Shown here: positions 49,320-64,000 of the stretch, piece by piece
How positions within the stretch are numbered: position 1 is the stretch's first letter
Layout of the letters: the number at the start of each line of letters is the position of its first letter
Source: Octopus sinensis
Lineage: Eukaryota
Reading direction: 5' to 3'
Assembly: GCF_006345805.1 (NCBI RefSeq)
Contig: NC_043013.1
Span: 13,888,001-13,952,000 of the forward strand
Length of the DNA stretch: 64,000 nucleotides
Position numbers and translations under genes: made by a program
The notes under the pieces: generated by a model
What the model was told of the DNA's origin: nothing
Database searches by the model: none
Seen by the model: the letters and a program-made list of their open reading frames with translations, nothing else

Positions 49320-52210
49320 ACCCGCAAAAAACCCTCTCACTTACTTTTTAAAAAAACTCGCCACTTTAGCCATCTCTCCTTCTTCAGCCGTTGCCTCCGC
49401 TATCACGTCACACCCCGTGGCTTCCCTTTGAAGTTCCACGCCAACCCCTATTCCTCCCCCTTCACCGAACCCACACTCGCCCGCACTTCCCGCCTCCTCA
49501 TCCGTGCTACCATCCGTTCCACCCGCTCTCTACTTCACTCCTTTGACCACCTACTTCCCCAAGGTTACCTCCTTCTCTCCTCCCTCTGCCCTCCACTTTT
49601 CACCCAACCTATTCTCCGCTTCATTCTTAATCTCAACCACCAGCTTCACAATTTCCTCACACACACAAAAAACAAAAAATTTCCACCACCTCCTCAACCC
49701 TTCACCTCCTTCCCCTCCCCTCTCCTCCACATCCTTCACATCCTCCCCTCCAGCTCACCCGACTCTCTCCACTCCTCCCCCTTCACCCTCCACGGACCAA
49801 CCCCCCACCCCACCCTGACCTTTCTACGCCTACCCCATCTTCACCTAACCACCCCCACTCTCCTCCCCACACCTCTGCACCCCTCTTCCCGACCCCACTC
49901 ATCCCACCACCCCGCTTCCTCGCACTGTTGTCACTATACCCCCAATCTCCCCCTCTCCGCAGCCGAGCGCTCTCTCCTCAGTAAGGGACTCCGCTTCACG
50001 CCTCTCACGCGCCACTGTGACGAATTCGAGACTCGGACGGACGTCAACCAGTTCCTGCGCCGCCTCAAACTTTGCGCCTTCTACCACGCGTCTCCGCAGC
50101 GTCACGACAATCAGGATTGCTTTTTTGGAGCTGGGGCGCCGCCCATCCAACTGGACGCCGCCCCCGGGCCAATTCAGAAGCCTAGACTCGTTTGTGAACG
50201 ACTGCAACGCGTTGGTAAACCGGTTAAACTTTAAAAAATGACCACTCCGAGACAACCTCACACAGGCTGAATTGGTTGCCCTTCGCCACCTCCGTCGCCG
50301 CAATGACATTGTCATCAAACCGGCGGACAAAGGCGGAGCAGTGGTGGTGTGGCGTGCGGATCTCTACAGGGAGGAAGCGCTCAGCCATCTTCAAAATCCC
50401 CTCTTCTATCGCCTCCTCCCCTCTGACCCCTCCTCTTCCTACCAACAGCGAGTGTCCTCCACTATCCGCGAACTCATCTCCTCTTCTGCTCGCCCCCCAC
50501 CGCCACCAACCTCATCGTCCGCATACCCCGCACCTCCACCATCAATTTCCTTCCAAAAATTCATAAGCCCAATAACCCTGGCCGCCCCATCGTTTCCGCC
50601 TGTAATTGCCCAACTGAACACATTTCCCTATACCTCGACCGCATCCTGTCCCCTTTATTCAAAGCCCTCCCTTCCCACATACATGATACCAACCACGCCC
50701 TCCGTCTCTTCAATTCCTTTTCCTTCCCTTCAAGCCCCTCACACCTCCTCTTCACCCTTGACATCAAATCACTGTATACGGTAATTCCCCACAACGACGG
50801 TCTCCTAGCTCTCCAACACTTCCTCGACCGTCGTCCCGAACCCACCCCTAGCACCCCACCCTCCTCCGCCTGGCAGAGCTCGTCCTAACCCTCAACTGTT
50901 TCACGTTCGCCGGGGAAACGTACCAACAGGTGTCCGGGGTCGCGATGGGAACGAGAATGGGCCCCAATTTCACCAATCTCTTTGTTGGCTACATTGAGGC
51001 CCAAGTATTCTCCCAATACTCCGGGCCGACCCCAGAACTATACGGTCGTTACATAGACGACTGTATAGGCGCCACCTCCCTTTCCCGCGAACAACTCTGC
51101 CACTTCATCTCTTTCCTCTCTAACTTCCACCCCTCTCTACAATTCACGTCCACCATATCCAATACTTCCGTTAACTTCCTTGATATCTCACTCAGCATCG
51201 ACCATCCCTCCCAATCTCTCACCACCTCCGCCTTCTTCAAACCCACGGATTCCCACCTCTATCTCAACTTCTCCTCCTCCCATCCCTTCCACACCAAACG
51301 GGCCATCCCCTACTCCCAGTTCCTCCGCCTCCGACGCTTGTGCAGCCGCGACCAGGATTTCGAGACCCAGTCTCAATACCTGGCCCGCCTGTTCAGGATT
51401 CGAGGATACCCACCTACCCTGGTCTTGAACGCCCTCGCCCGCGCTCGTCGCATCGACCGCACCACCGCCCTTTCTCCTTCCAATCACCCACCCCCAACCC
51501 CAACCCCTTTCCCCTCCTTTTCCACCCCTCTACTCTACCCCTTCGTCGGAAGATACTTCGTGCCTTCCGTCGTCTCCAGCTCGATTCCACGACCCACCCC
51601 ATTTTCCACAACCCACCCCTGTCCTCCTTCAAACGAGCCCGGAATCTACGCGACCTCCTGGTCCGTAGCACCCTCCCTTCTTCCTCCTCGGCCCCACTCG
51701 GATCCTTCCCATGCTCCAGATCCCGCTGCAACACCTGCCCCTTCATCACCAACACCACTGCTGTCACCGGTTCTAACCGGCGAAATGTACGTATCAGGCA
51801 TTCTTTTACGTGCACCTCGTCTGGACTCATATACTGCATTAAATGCAACCTCTGCAGAATGCTGTATATAGGACAGACGGGACGCCGGTTGTCAGACCGA
51901 TTCGCTGAACATCTGAGGGATGTTCGTCTACTTTCCAATTCTCCCGTCGCACGTCACTTCCGGTTGGCCAGCCATTCCCCCGATGACATCTCGGTGTTTG
52001 GTCTTGCCCCACACAACAGCTCTCCACAATCTAGGCTTCACTTGGCGCAACGGCTCATATTCCTTCTACAGACTCTAACCCCACACGGACTCAACACAGC
52101 CCCCTTCTCTTAGTGACTGCGCTCCACTTCTCCTCACTAGCATCTTTTTTATTTATTATTTCTTAATTATTATCTTTTTTTTATTTTATATTTTTTAATT
52201 TTTATAATTG
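49320..52210 (+). mobile_element. Penelope-like element 4 (C-rich, frameshifted RT + GIY-YIG)
   Basis: LLSKGLRFTP, IKPADKGGAVVVW, GVAMGTRMGP, RYIDD, FLDI, CSRSRCNTCPFI, IYCIKC...YIGQTGRRLSDRFAEH; several frameshifts. Confidence 0.9.
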
Positions 52211-52214
52211 TCCT

Positions 52215-55210
52215 TATGCAGTCACACACACATACTCACGCACCCACGAACACACCTACTCCCAACACACCACACACACACAACGTACATGCACATCTAC
52301 GCACACATACTTCCACACCTATACACACACCCACACACCCGCACGCGCACACACACACATGCCCGTGCACACACACACATGCCCGTGCACACACACCAGA
52401 GACAATACTCATACAGATACGCACACTCCTTTAAACACCTAGCTGAGACGCACAGATACACGCACGTAAGCGCACACACGCACACGCATGTACCTTACGC
52501 CCACACAACTCCAACCCCCCACACGTATACATTCACACACACACATACTTACGTACATACACATAATACATACATAGATACATTCATACATACATACATA
52601 CACACACACGCATACATACATACATACATACATACATACATACATACACACACACACATATACATACACACACATACATACATACATACACACATATATA
52701 CACACACATACACATATGCACACATACATATATTCACACACACACATACACACATACATACATACATACATACACACACATACATATACATACACACATA
52801 CATACGCACACACATACCCACACACACACGCACGCACACATACACACAAACACATACATGCATACATACACACACGTACACACATACATACATACATACA
52901 TGCATACATACATGCATACACACAAACACACACACACACAAACATACATACACACACATACACACACACATACATACACACATACACACACATACACACA
53001 CATACATATACATATACATACATACATACACACACATACACGAATACACACATACATACACACACACACATACACATACATACACACATACACACACACA
53101 TACATATACATACATACACACACATACATATACACACATACGTACACACACGCACATACAAACATTCACGCATGCACACATACATACATATATACACATA
53201 CATACACACACATACGCACATACATACACACACATACTTACATACATACATACACACACATACATACACACACATACATACATACAGACTCACACATGCA
53301 CACATACACGCATGCACACATACATACATACACACACATACATACTATACACACATACACACATACATACATACATACACACAAGCGTACATATACATAC
53401 ATACACTTACACATACACACACACACTTACACACATACACCCGTACATATATACATACACACACACTTACATACACACACATACATACACACTAACACAC
53501 ATACACACATACATACATACACACACGCATACATATACATACACACACATACACACATACATACATATATACACACATACATACACACATACATACATAG
53601 ATACATACATACACAAACATACATATACATACATACATACACACACACATACACACACACGCACGCACACATACATACATACGCACACATGCATACACAC
53701 ACACGTACATACATACATACGTACACACACACACACTTACACACATACACTGCCAGACGAGATGGTGAAGATGCCGACGATGCTTTGTTCAAAGCCTCCC
53801 TGGACCTCAAGTGGCCTGAACTCTTTACATGAACACCACCCTGTACTTAACTCCATGTCCCCCTACATGGCCTTGCTATTTGCTTTTGAGCCAAATTAAC
53901 TAACTAATTAACTAACTAACATACACACACATACATACATACATACATACATACATACACACACATACATACACACACATACATACATACATACATACAT
54001 ACATACATACATACGCAATACATAGACACACATATACACACATACACACACACATACACACACATATATATACATAACTACATACACACACACATACACA
54101 CTTACACGCATGCACACATACATACATACATACATACATACACACACACATACATACACTACATACATAGATACATACATACACACACATACGTATACAT
54201 ACATATGTACACACACGCACATACACACATACACGCATGCATAAATACATACATACACACATACGTACATACATACATACGTACACACACACTTACACAC
54301 ACAAATACATACGTACGTACATACATACATACACACACATACATACATACATACATACATACACACACATACACACATACATACATACACACACGCATAC
54401 ATACACACATACACACACACATACACACATACATACATACACAAACGCATACATATACATACATACACATACACACACATACACACATAAACACATACAT
54501 ACACACACACATATAAACATATAAACACACATATAAGCCTGTACATTGTACACACACGCACACATATATACATACATTCACTCGCACGCACGTACACACA
54601 CACACACACACACACACATTTACATATATATACTATACACTCACACACACATACACACGTACAAACACACACAAACTCACATACACACCGACAGATATAC
54701 ATACACAATATACACCTACCCGCGCACGCACACATACACACAAACACATACAAACGCATACATACACGCACACACATACACGTACATACATACACACTCA
54801 CACAAATGAACCCACACATACATCCCTACACACACACACGCACGTACAAGCACACACGCACGTACAAGCACACACGCACGTACAAGCACACACGCACGTA
54901 CAAGCACAATGCACGTACAAGCACACACGCACTAGGTTAAGCAGTTACTCGCCACAAACCCACACTCTACACATACACACACGAACACACACATGCACAC
55001 ACACACACACTACAAACAACACACACACATGATACATATAGCCCTTTGTTTTTTGACCTGGCTTTGACCTGGCTGGATACAAACAAGCTAGTAGTCATAA
55101 AGGAGTGCCTTATGACATCTAACTTGCCATTGCTTATTATTCACCATAAATACACACACACGCACACACAAACACACTTTTCATCCTTGCACACACACAC
55201 ACACACACAC
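52215..55210. repeat. ~3-kb (CA)n/(CATA)n microsatellite field with two short embedded fragments (53750-53900, 55040-55150)
   Basis: Seen directly; the 53750-53900 piece ends in a (TAAC)n tail like a LINE 3' end. Confidence 0.95.
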
Positions 55211-55359
55211 ACATTCCTTTTTTTGAAACTCTCTTGCTTTTAAAAACCATGATTCGTCTACCTCTCCACTTCTGTTCTTTCAACATGTGATCTCTTGAGC
55301 ACCACCAGCAAAAATATTGTTTCCTCTGTCTTCCCTTCTTGGGATCATTCCTTCTCCTT

Positions 55360-55394
55360 GTTTCCGACGAAGAGCTCCGCTCGAAACGTTAAAC
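55360..55394 (+). ncRNA. Minimal type I hammerhead-like motif (family 5) in a pLTR-like segment 55220-55505
   Basis: GTTT-CCGACGA-A-GAGC-TCC-GCTC-GAAA-CG-TT|AAAC; core has U4C and an extra A; GUU site. Confidence 0.55.
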
Positions 55395-55500
55395 CCTCCT
55401 CCCCTTCTTTCCTGAGCGTCAATAATACTTTAATTGTTCCACGTCCTCGCGTTGCTGTGTTTTTTTCTCTTTTTTTCTGTGTTTTCTTGTTTGGATTAAC

Positions 55501-55529
<29 letters not shown>

Positions 55530-55532
<3 letters not shown>

Positions 55533-57060
55533 TATCCTTAAATCCTTAAAAACGTTTTAGCCCGAAGGCGGCGGCCATGCTGGGGCACCACCGCTGAATG
55601 AGCTACACTAATATGTGAATCGACCTCTGATACGTGGCACTTGATCAACAAGGGAGTTCGATGCTGCTGCCCGCATCTGCGTCTCTTGTCGTGAGGTAGG
55701 TTCATCTGGGACTCCCGACAAGAAGAGATCCAGTTTAGTTTTAAAGAAACCCACATCCACACCATGTAAGTCTCTCAGGCATTTAGGGAGGATGTTTAAG
55801 AGCTGTGGTCCTCTGAAACCCAAGCTGTTGCAGTATCTGGTCCTGTATTTTGATGGTGATGTTGGAATCTTTGGCACTATGCAGTGGCGCCCCGTTCTGT
55901 GGTTGGGGTAACTTTGAATGCCAAAGTTTGAGACAAGATCCTCCAGGATTTCCCGGATGTATATCACCGCATATCTCTCCCGCCTCCGCTCTAGGGAGAA
56001 GAGGTTTAATACTTTCAGTCTTTCCCAGTAGTTGATATTTTGCATTGAGACGACTTTCTTTGTGTAGCTTCTCTGAATTGCTTCGAGTTCTGCTGTTAGT
56101 TTTATATTGTGTGGTGACCATAGTTGGGAGCAGTAGTCCAAGCGGCTGAGGACGAATGTTTTCCATAGGACCATCAGTGTCTCCTCTCTTGTTCTGAAAG
56201 TTCGGAGAATCCATCCAGCTAGCCGTATGCATTTTATCACCAGATTAGTAATATGCACTTGGAAAGATGCATCATTGCTCATGTCAACGCCCAGGTCACG
56301 CACTGATTTTGACTCAGGGATTGCAATTCTTCCTGGGCCAGTGTATCCAGTCTGCACGTCGTTTACCTTTGTGTGCCGGTAGCGCAGGGCCTGGAACTTA
56401 CCTGCATTAAACTGCATGTTGTTATCCTCAGCCCACCTGTATATTGTGTCCAACTCCTGTTGCAGATGCGCAATATTTTCAGGGTTTTGTATTGCGTGGG
56501 AGACTTTTGTGTCATCTGCATAGCTAGCAAGGGTGGTCATCGTAGCCACTGAAGGCATGTCTGAAAGGGCCACAATGAACATCAGTGGCCCCAAGGCAGT
56601 GCCCTGTGGGGCACCGCTTGTTATTTGTGTTTCCTTGGAGGTGGCTCCATTGCTCACAACTGCCTGTTTTCTGTCTTTTAGGAAGTTGTGCAGCCACTCT
56701 CCAAGTTTTCCGCCTATGCCAAGCCCACGCAGTTTGTGACAGATCATACCATGGTCGACTTTATCAAAGGCTTTTGCAAAGTCGAGAAATATTACATCCA
56801 CATTTGAGCCATTTAGTAGCTGTTTCAACACCCAGTCATAGTGTTGCAGGAGCTGTGTTAGGCAGCTTCTACCTGGTCGAAATCCATGCTGGGTGTCAGA
56901 CAGCAAGTCATTTTCTTCAAGGGACAGGATTAGTTTCTTACGGACAATTCGTTCCATAACTTTGCTGATGTGTGAGGTCACAGAGATAGGCCTAAAATTT
57001 TTAGCATCTGCTCTGCTACCTCCCTTATGGATAGGGCATATTACCCCCTCTTTCAATTAG
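55530..57060 (-). mobile_element. 5'-truncated CR1/L2-like LINE with an open 482-aa RT ORF (57056-55608)
   Basis: NFRPISVTS, DFAKAFDKVDHG, GTALGPLMF, YADD, LSRLDYCSQLWSP; 3' GGTGCCCCAGCATGGCCG stem-loop tail. 5' end abuts (AT)n. Confidence 0.92.
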
Positions 57061-57072
57061 ACTGGAAGCTTA

Positions 57073-57092
57073 TACATATATATATATATACC

Positions 57093-57146
<54 letters not shown>

Positions 57147-57170
57147 TATATAATACATATATATATATAC

Positions 57171-57202
<32 letters not shown>

Positions 57203-57332
57203 CTATATATATATATTATATACATATACATATATATAATACATATATATATATATATATATACAATATATATATATAATATATACATATATATATATAA
57301 TATAATATATATATCTATATATAATATATATC

Positions 57333-57367
<35 letters not shown>

Positions 57368-57416
57368 CTATAACATATATATATTATATATATACATATA
57401 TATATATACATATATA

Positions 57417-57454
<38 letters not shown>

Positions 57455-57573
57455 ATATATACATATATATATATATAATATATATATATATACTATATAT
57501 ATAATATATATATATATACATATATAATATAATATATTATATACATATATTATATATATATATATATCATATA

Positions 57574-57636
<63 letters not shown>

Positions 57637-57785
57637 TATATATATATATATATATACATCTATATATATATATATATAATATAATATATATATATATATA
57701 TATATACTATATATATATATACTATATATATATATATACATATTATATATATATATATATATCCATATATATATATATATATATC

Positions 57786-57818
<33 letters not shown>

Positions 57819-57823
57819 CTATA

Positions 57824-57854
<31 letters not shown>

Positions 57855-58180
57855 CACATATATATATATATATACATATATATTATATATATATATATAC
57901 ATATATATCTATACATATATATATCTATATACATATATATATATACATATATATATATATACATATTATATATACATATATATACATATATATCTATATA
58001 CATATATATATAGATATATACATATATATATACATATATATATATCCATATATATCTACATATATATATATCTATATATATATACTATATATATATATAC
58101 ATATATATATATCCATATATATCTACATATATATATACATATATATAATACATATATATATACCATATATATATATACAC

Positions 58181-58260
<80 letters not shown>

Positions 58261-58476
58261 CATATATATATATACATATATATATATACTATATATATAT
58301 ACATATATATATATATACATATATATATATACATATATATATATATACATAATATATATATATGCATTTATATATATATATATCTATCTATATATATGCA
58401 TATATATATATATATATATCTATCTATATATATGCATATATATATATATATATATATATATCTATATATATGCATC

Positions 58477-58508
<32 letters not shown>

Positions 58509-58522
58509 CATCTATATATATA
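57073..58522. repeat. ~1.45-kb (AT)n microsatellite
   Basis: Seen directly. Confidence 0.97.
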
Positions 58523-58840
58523 TTGATTGATTGATTGATTGATTCTAGTTTCAGCTTATGAGCTGTGGCCATGCTGGGGCACCGCCATTTGGTGTTGCTA
58601 CTTGGTTTCACTTCATGAAGGCTTTCTAGCAACTGCTATTTGGTGCATGAGAGAGTTTGATGCAGCTGCCCTCATCTGCCCCTCCTGCCGTGAAGTTGGT
58701 TCATCTGGGACACCTGACAGGAAGAGATCCAGCTTCATTTTAAAGACATCTGTATCCACCCTTTCAGGTCTCTCAGGTTCTTCAGGAGGATATTGAAGAG
58801 GTGTGGGCCTCGGAAGCCCAGGCTATCACAGAATCTTGTA
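58523..58840 (-). mobile_element. 3' fragment of a CR1/L2-like LINE with (ATTG)n tail
   Basis: FCDSLGFRGPHLFNIL as in the 55.6-kb copy; GGTGCCCCAGCATGGCCACAG tail. Confidence 0.8.
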
Positions 58841-58912
58841 CATATATACATATTATATATATATACATATATATATATATACATATATATATACATATAT
58901 ATATATATATAC

Positions 58913-61900
58913 ATACTTTGATACTTTGATACTTTGATACTTTGATAGGTTTCGGCCATTATTGGCCCAGGCCATGTCTAACTTAATAGCACCACCTGGT
59001 GAAGTCTTTCAAGTCAGAATTTGGGCACTATGGCCCACTCAAGTAGAGAGTTATTGTTTACAGAGACATATCCGGGTGTAGGGGGTTTATCCGGGATTTC
59101 TTGAAGGAATCTGTCCAAAGACTTCTTGAACCCTATAGGGTCAGTTTCTGTTTTAATGTGTTTTGGTGTAATGTTAAAGAGAGCGGGGCCAATTGAGGTG
59201 AAATAATTGTGCCGTATTGTTGTTATGAGATGAGAGTGCGATTTTTGTTTTGGGCGGATGGCATGGGGCCCAAGCCTTGGATGTACCTTAAAGGTGATGC
59301 CAACATCATTTGGGCAATGCTGATGGAATATTTTCCACATCATGCAGATGATGTAGCGCTCACGACGACGTTGGAGAGAATAGAGTTTTAGCTTTTCTAG
59401 TCGACCCCAATAGTCGAGGCCTGTCATGCCATCTATCTTTTTTGTGATTGCCCTTTGAGGTGCTTCGACTTTTATGATACCTTGTATTGTGTGGGGAGAC
59501 CACAGTGGACAACAGTATTCAAGGTGGGGTCGGGCAAAAGTGGAGAAGAGAAGGATAATGGTGTGGATATCTCTCGACTGGAAAGTTCTGAGAATCCAGG
59601 AACACAGCTTACGTTGTTGTCCACAATTACTCCCAAGTCTCTGATGTTGTTGGACGCCGCGAGAGTTTCACCTGAAGGAAGGGAGTATGGGAGTTTCAGG
59701 GCATCCTCTTTTCCAAAGTGGATTAGCTCAAATTTATCCTCGTTCAGCAGCATATTGTTTTTTTCTGCCCATTGGATAACAGCCAGTAGATCTGACTGAA
59801 GGCATGTCCGGTCACTCGCCTCATTTATGACCTTCTGTAGCTTGGAGTCATCTGCAAAGATTTTTATGTTGCTGTGCTTGATGATGTCATTAATGTCATT
59901 AATGTAAATGATGAAAAGAAGTGGGCCCAGCACAGTGCCTTGCGGAACGCCACTACTGACTTTGGCTGGGCTTGATTTTACCCCTTCAACTACAACATGT
60001 TGAGATCTGTCTGTCAGGAAACACTTAATCCATTTCAGTAACTTTCCAGAGACACCAATGTTGGATAGTTTTTTCAATAGGATCTTGTGATCGACCCTGT
60101 CGAAGGCCTTACTGAAATCAAGGTAGATGACATCGGTGTTGGAGCCCTCTCCCAAAGCTCTCAAAATGTCCTCAAAGTGATGCAGGAGCTGCGTTAGGCA
60201 GTCCCTTCCATTACGGAACCCATGTTGGTTGGAGATCAGCCGTCTGTTGCTTTCCAGAAATTGGGTTATTTGAGATCTCACCACCCTCTCAAATACCTTG
60301 ATGATATGAGAGGTGAGTGAGATCGGACGGTAATTCACTGCAAGGGACTTGTTTCCCTTTTTGAAAACTGGGACAACAGACTGGGACAGAAGGTTTTTTG
60401 GAATATAGCCAGCATCCAGTGAGTTTCTCCACAGATTAGCAAGGGGAGATGCAAGTTGGTGTCGACACACCTTCAGGACACAAGCAGGGAACCTATCGGG
60501 GCCTACTGCTGAATTGTGTTTTATTTCGTTTATCGCCGCTAAGACATCAGGGGCACTAAACGTTATGTCCGATATAGTGTGTTGGGGGTTGACATCACTG
60601 ATACAGCCCAGATCGGCCATATCAGGATTGCTGAAAACAGAGCAGTATTGTTTCTGCAGTATCTCGGCCATGGATTTGGCATTATCTTGGAGAGTGCCAG
60701 TTTCGTCAATTAGAGGGCCTACAGTGGAGACAGTGACCCTGCGTTTCCTCGCAAATGAAAAGAACACTTTGGGGTTGAGTTTGATTTTTTCAATGGCCCA
60801 CTTCTCCTCAGCTGATCTTTGGTTATTGATGAGGGACTTCATGCATTGTTGGAGGTTATATTTTTTGGATTCAAGCAGTGCGATAGCCGTCGAATGTGTG
60901 TGTTGCTGTTGGCAGTACTTTAGTTTGTTAATTTTTTTGTTTGTTCTTTTTATTTTTCTGATAATGGTTTTTCTGTTTTGGGGGATTCTGCACTTTTTGT
61001 TCACAGGTCTTGGTGGGGAGTGTTTTGCACATATGTCTGTGACGGTGTCTACAAAGATCTGCCAAGATGTTTTATGGTTGGTGGAGATGTGTGTATGTGT
61101 AAAGGACCAGTCAACATTTGATAGCTCGTTCCTGATTGCATCCCAGTTGGCTTTATGGAGATCCATGTTGTCAAATGGGTGGGCTGGAGGAAGGTCACTA
61201 GGATTAGCTTTCGGCTGGTGGAATTTCATGTTACAGAGAACCATGTCATGGTCTGAAGAAGGGTTTTTTCCACTGTAACGTTATGTATAGTGTTAGTGTG
61301 GTTACTAAACACTAGGTCCAAAATGTTCTGATGTCTTGTTGGTGCAAGGACAAGTTGGGACAAGAAAAACTCATTCGTAAAGTCGAAAAGTGACTCTGCT
61401 GCTTCTTTGTCAGCGGTTGAGGCGGGAGTGCTTGGTTTCAAACAGTTTGTAGTCCAGTCAACACAGGGTAGATTGAAGTCTCCCATCATGAGTATGTTGC
61501 TAGAATGGCACTGTTGAATAAAGCACTTAATGCTGTTGAGGCATTCTTTAAAGCACAGTATGGGTGTTTGGGGCGGCCTATAGAGCCCAATTACTGTCAG
61601 ATCATTGGCTTTGTTGTGCACGGTGACTGATTCACAGTAGCCGTTGGAGAATATACTATTTCCATCTGCCGTAAATGAATCATGCAGGAAAATGGCAGTT
61701 CCACCCTTCCTCCTGCCGATACGATCCGCGCGGATGGTTGTGAAATTCTTCACTCTCACTTCGGCTTCCAAGTGGGAGTTGTCAAGGTGGGTCTCAGTGA
61801 GAATGAAGAAAGGGATGTGGTGTGAATGGTTACCAACCCAGTCTTCAATGAATTGGACCTTCCATTTTTGTGCATTGATGGAAGGGCTGACACCTTGTGC

Positions 61901-62475
61901 ATTGAGTAGGAATGTGGAGGTTAGTGTAGTGGCTGGTTTTGACTGTTGCAGGGGGCTTGGATTTTTTGTGTGTGTTAGTGGCAGCAATGTGGGGAATTGG
62001 TGCACTGGGGTAATAGCATAGGATGGTGTTGAGTGATGGCTAGAATGTTTTTGTGTATCTCTTTTGCCATGTTCAACATGGCTAAAAAAGATTTTCCTGC
62101 TTAGGGAGCAGTTTTTGTCTGGAGGTGTGGTTGCACTGTTGGATAGGGTTGTAGTTTCCACTTTTGTTGTTGTTGTTTTTGTGTCTTCCTGAAAAGACTG
62201 GACCAGCATTACTGCAGCATGGTGTGTTTTCTATTTTTATTGTTATTCAGGTTTGTGTGTTGGCTTGAGGCCCCGTTTCTGTTTGTGCGTCGGGTCCCTG
62301 GAAGATGAGTGAAGGGACAGTCACTCAGTAGACATGTTCTCTCACGTTGGGAATACCGGCAGATTTTGGGACTCCGAGTTGTGTGTGTTTTGAATTTCGA
62401 TTTACTATTTGGTGGTGTTGATGTTATTGTGGGATGCGTGCTTTGGCCTTGGCCGGTAGTGCGTCTAGTGCCGGG

Positions 62476-62476
<1 letters not shown>
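58913..62476 (-). mobile_element. CR1/L2-like LINE: APE endonuclease (62209-61226), RT (61244-59472) and C-terminus, frameshifted
   Basis: LNAQG, LTETHL, GGTAIFL, LYRPP, GDFNLP, LDLVFSN; [35 protein letters not shown]; (ATACTTTG)n tail at 58913-58947. Confidence 0.93.
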
Positions 62477-62540
<64 letters not shown>

Positions 62541-62587
62541 GTATATATATGTATATATATATATGTATATATATGTATATATATATG

Positions 62588-62622
<35 letters not shown>

Positions 62623-62673
62623 GTATATATATATATATGTATTTATATATATATGTATATATATATATATGTG

Positions 62674-62704
<31 letters not shown>

Positions 62705-62751
62705 GTATATATATATATGTATATATATATATGTATATATATATGTATATA

Positions 62752-62798
<47 letters not shown>

Positions 62799-62860
62799 GT
62801 ATATATATATATATGTATATATGTATATATATATATGTATATATATATGTATATATATAC

Positions 62861-62937
<77 letters not shown>

Positions 62938-63074
62938 TATATACATATTATATATACACATATATATAAATACATATATATAACATATATATATATTATA
63001 CATATATATATATATATATACATATATATACATTATATATATATATATACATATATATATATACATATATATAC

Positions 63075-63123
<49 letters not shown>

Positions 63124-63168
63124 CATATATATATACATATATATATATACATATGTATATATATATAT
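62477..63168. repeat. (AT)n microsatellite
   Basis: Seen directly. Confidence 0.97.
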
Positions 63169-63169
63169 A

Positions 63170-64000
63170 GGGTTTAGCAAAGGGAGATTTTATCGTTATA
63201 TGCTTTTATGAGTTTTGGTTTATCATGGTTTTTTTAGGTAATTCGTGGTATTTTGTCTATTTTAGGTGTTGGTTATTTTTTTACATTGTTTCATTCATAA
63301 TTTTTGAGTGGTGTTCGTTTTGCCACGTGAATAACCGGGTGGTGGACTAGCGTTGCTTGGAATGTGAATGGAATAGTGTAGTAGTGAGGTAGGCATAGAG
63401 AATGGGATTGGGTTACTGCAAGTTGTTTGTTAGAGATGCTAAGGTGAGTTAAAGCTCATAAATGTATATAATGTTTTTTGTGGGTGTGTAAGTATTGTTG
63501 TATATGTCGAGTTTAGTGAGTATGTATAGGCGTATATGTGAGGGAGTATATGTATCTTTTGTGTGTTAGTGTTTTGCGTGTGAGTGTGTGTTTTGTGTGT
63601 GAATGTGTATATGGGTTTGTTATTTAGGTTTTGGGATGTATGTGTTAATTTGCCTGTGTGGGGAGGGAGTGGGTTTTGGTGTATATTGAGGTTTATAAGT
63701 TAGTATAGGTATGTGTATAAGTCGTGAGTCTGTGGTTTACGTGTGTGTATTTGTGTGTGAATGTTTAGGTTAGGGGGTTTACTTTATAGGTTTGTTATAG
63801 AGTTTAGCAAAGGGAGATTTTATCGTTATATGTTTTTAAGAGTTTTGTTTTATTATGGTTTTTTTTTTAGGGAATTCGTGGTAATTTGTCTATATTTTCG
63901 ATATGGATTATATATAGGTTATATATGGATTATATACTTATATTTTTTCATTTATACTTTAATTATTTAAAATTATTATTTTTATATTTTAAAATTTTGA
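63170..64000. repeat. G/T-skewed segment with a ~100-bp direct repeat (63170-63265, 63801-63900)
   Basis: GTTTAGCAAAGGGAGATTTTATCGTTATATG...TTCGTGGTA occurs twice; few C residues on the + strand. Confidence 0.6.

Noticed and set aside
49428-52113. Programmed frameshifting in PLE4
   Set aside because: The shifts fall in C-rich homopolymer runs at several places, consistent with decay or sequencing indels.
52208-54928. 563-aa His/Thr-rich ORF and overlapping MCV-rich ORFs
   Set aside because: Translations of the (CA)n/(CATA)n field, open on both strands in several frames.

Overview
AT-rich animal genomic DNA; the SINE/LINE families and microsatellite density suggest an octopus-like cephalopod (inference). 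There are no prokaryotic features and no CRISPR. The only host gene I can support is the middle part of a TRPM-family cation channel on the + strand: seven phase-consistent GT-AG exons from the MHR4/pre-S1 region to S2 (1457-21003), one of them a 26-nt microexon, plus a probable 18-nt microexon at 28516-28533. No further TRPM exon was recognised, so 28.5-64 kb is probably one very long intron. Introns are filled with transposons: a full-length mariner with TIRs and TA duplications; RTE, BovB-like, CR1/L2-like, Tx1-like and R4/Dong-like LINE pieces; SINEs; a decayed piggyBac; and an odd TG..CA insertion. The most unusual part is 31-55.5 kb. It holds four Penelope-like (PLE) ORFs or ORF fragments (one nearly intact), two kilobase-scale inverted repeats, and about 13 type I hammerhead-ribozyme motifs of at least six sequence families, mostly next to (AT)n tracts. 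Ribozyme folds were worked out by eye, not computed. Most long ORFs in the supplied track (YI, HT, MCV repeats) are microsatellite artefacts.
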